Positions 63,998 through 64,000 of a stretch of 64,000 nt of DNA are shown one piece after another. Origin of the DNA: Amphiscolops sp. MND2022 (taxonomy: Eukaryota); NCBI GenBank assembly GCA_964187785.1, contig OZ076409.1, positions 25,546,001-25,610,000 on the forward strand, written 5' to 3'. Numbering within the stretch: the stretch's first letter is position 1; each line of letters begins with the position of its first letter. The notes beneath the pieces were generated by a model, which saw only the letters and a list, made by a program, of their open reading frames with translations, was not told the origin of the DNA and did no database searches. The translations under genes and the position numbers were made by a program.

Positions 63998-64000
63998 TTT

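Larger units (their letters stand above)
51240..64000 (-). mobile_element. Very large Ty3/Gypsy LTR retrotransposon (5' part outside the window) with extended pol and an extra downstream ORF
   Basis: Block visibly GC-richer than its flanks; gag zinc knuckle, protease, RT, RNase H, integrase in Gypsy order, then about 4.3 kb more coding-like sequence. Left boundary uncertain. Confidence 0.9.

Overview
AT-rich, repeat-dense genomic DNA from a eukaryote, most likely an invertebrate animal (spliceosomal GT-AG introns; species not determinable). The left half holds one large minus-strand gene that the ORF track shows only as fragments. By hand I spliced 20 phase-consistent exons (32236 down to 2229, about 1,190 codons, 5' end not found). 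They encode alternating FN3-like and jacalin/beta-prism-like repeats, a complete ZP module (ZP-N, ZP-C, RKRR furin site), a transmembrane helix and a basic tail. The third lectin-like repeat lies between the exons carrying Cys1 and Cys2 of ZP-N, and there are competing 3' TM exons. An 11.7-kb intron holds a near-intact CR1/L2-group LINE (+) and a decayed two-LTR Ty3/Gypsy element (-). The right end has a gag-less Gypsy remnant (+) and most of a very large minus-strand Gypsy element. That element's pol continues past integrase into an AT-hook, a Cys cluster and a TARG1/Poa1p-like macrodomain. It also carries a decayed ~1,400-codon non-env extra ORF with an SGNH-fold-like segment, and a degenerate protease-like copy ahead of the active protease. 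MITEs, hairpins, dispersed repeats and a tRNA-derived fragment fill the rest. All domain calls are by-eye motif matches and have not been checked by database search.
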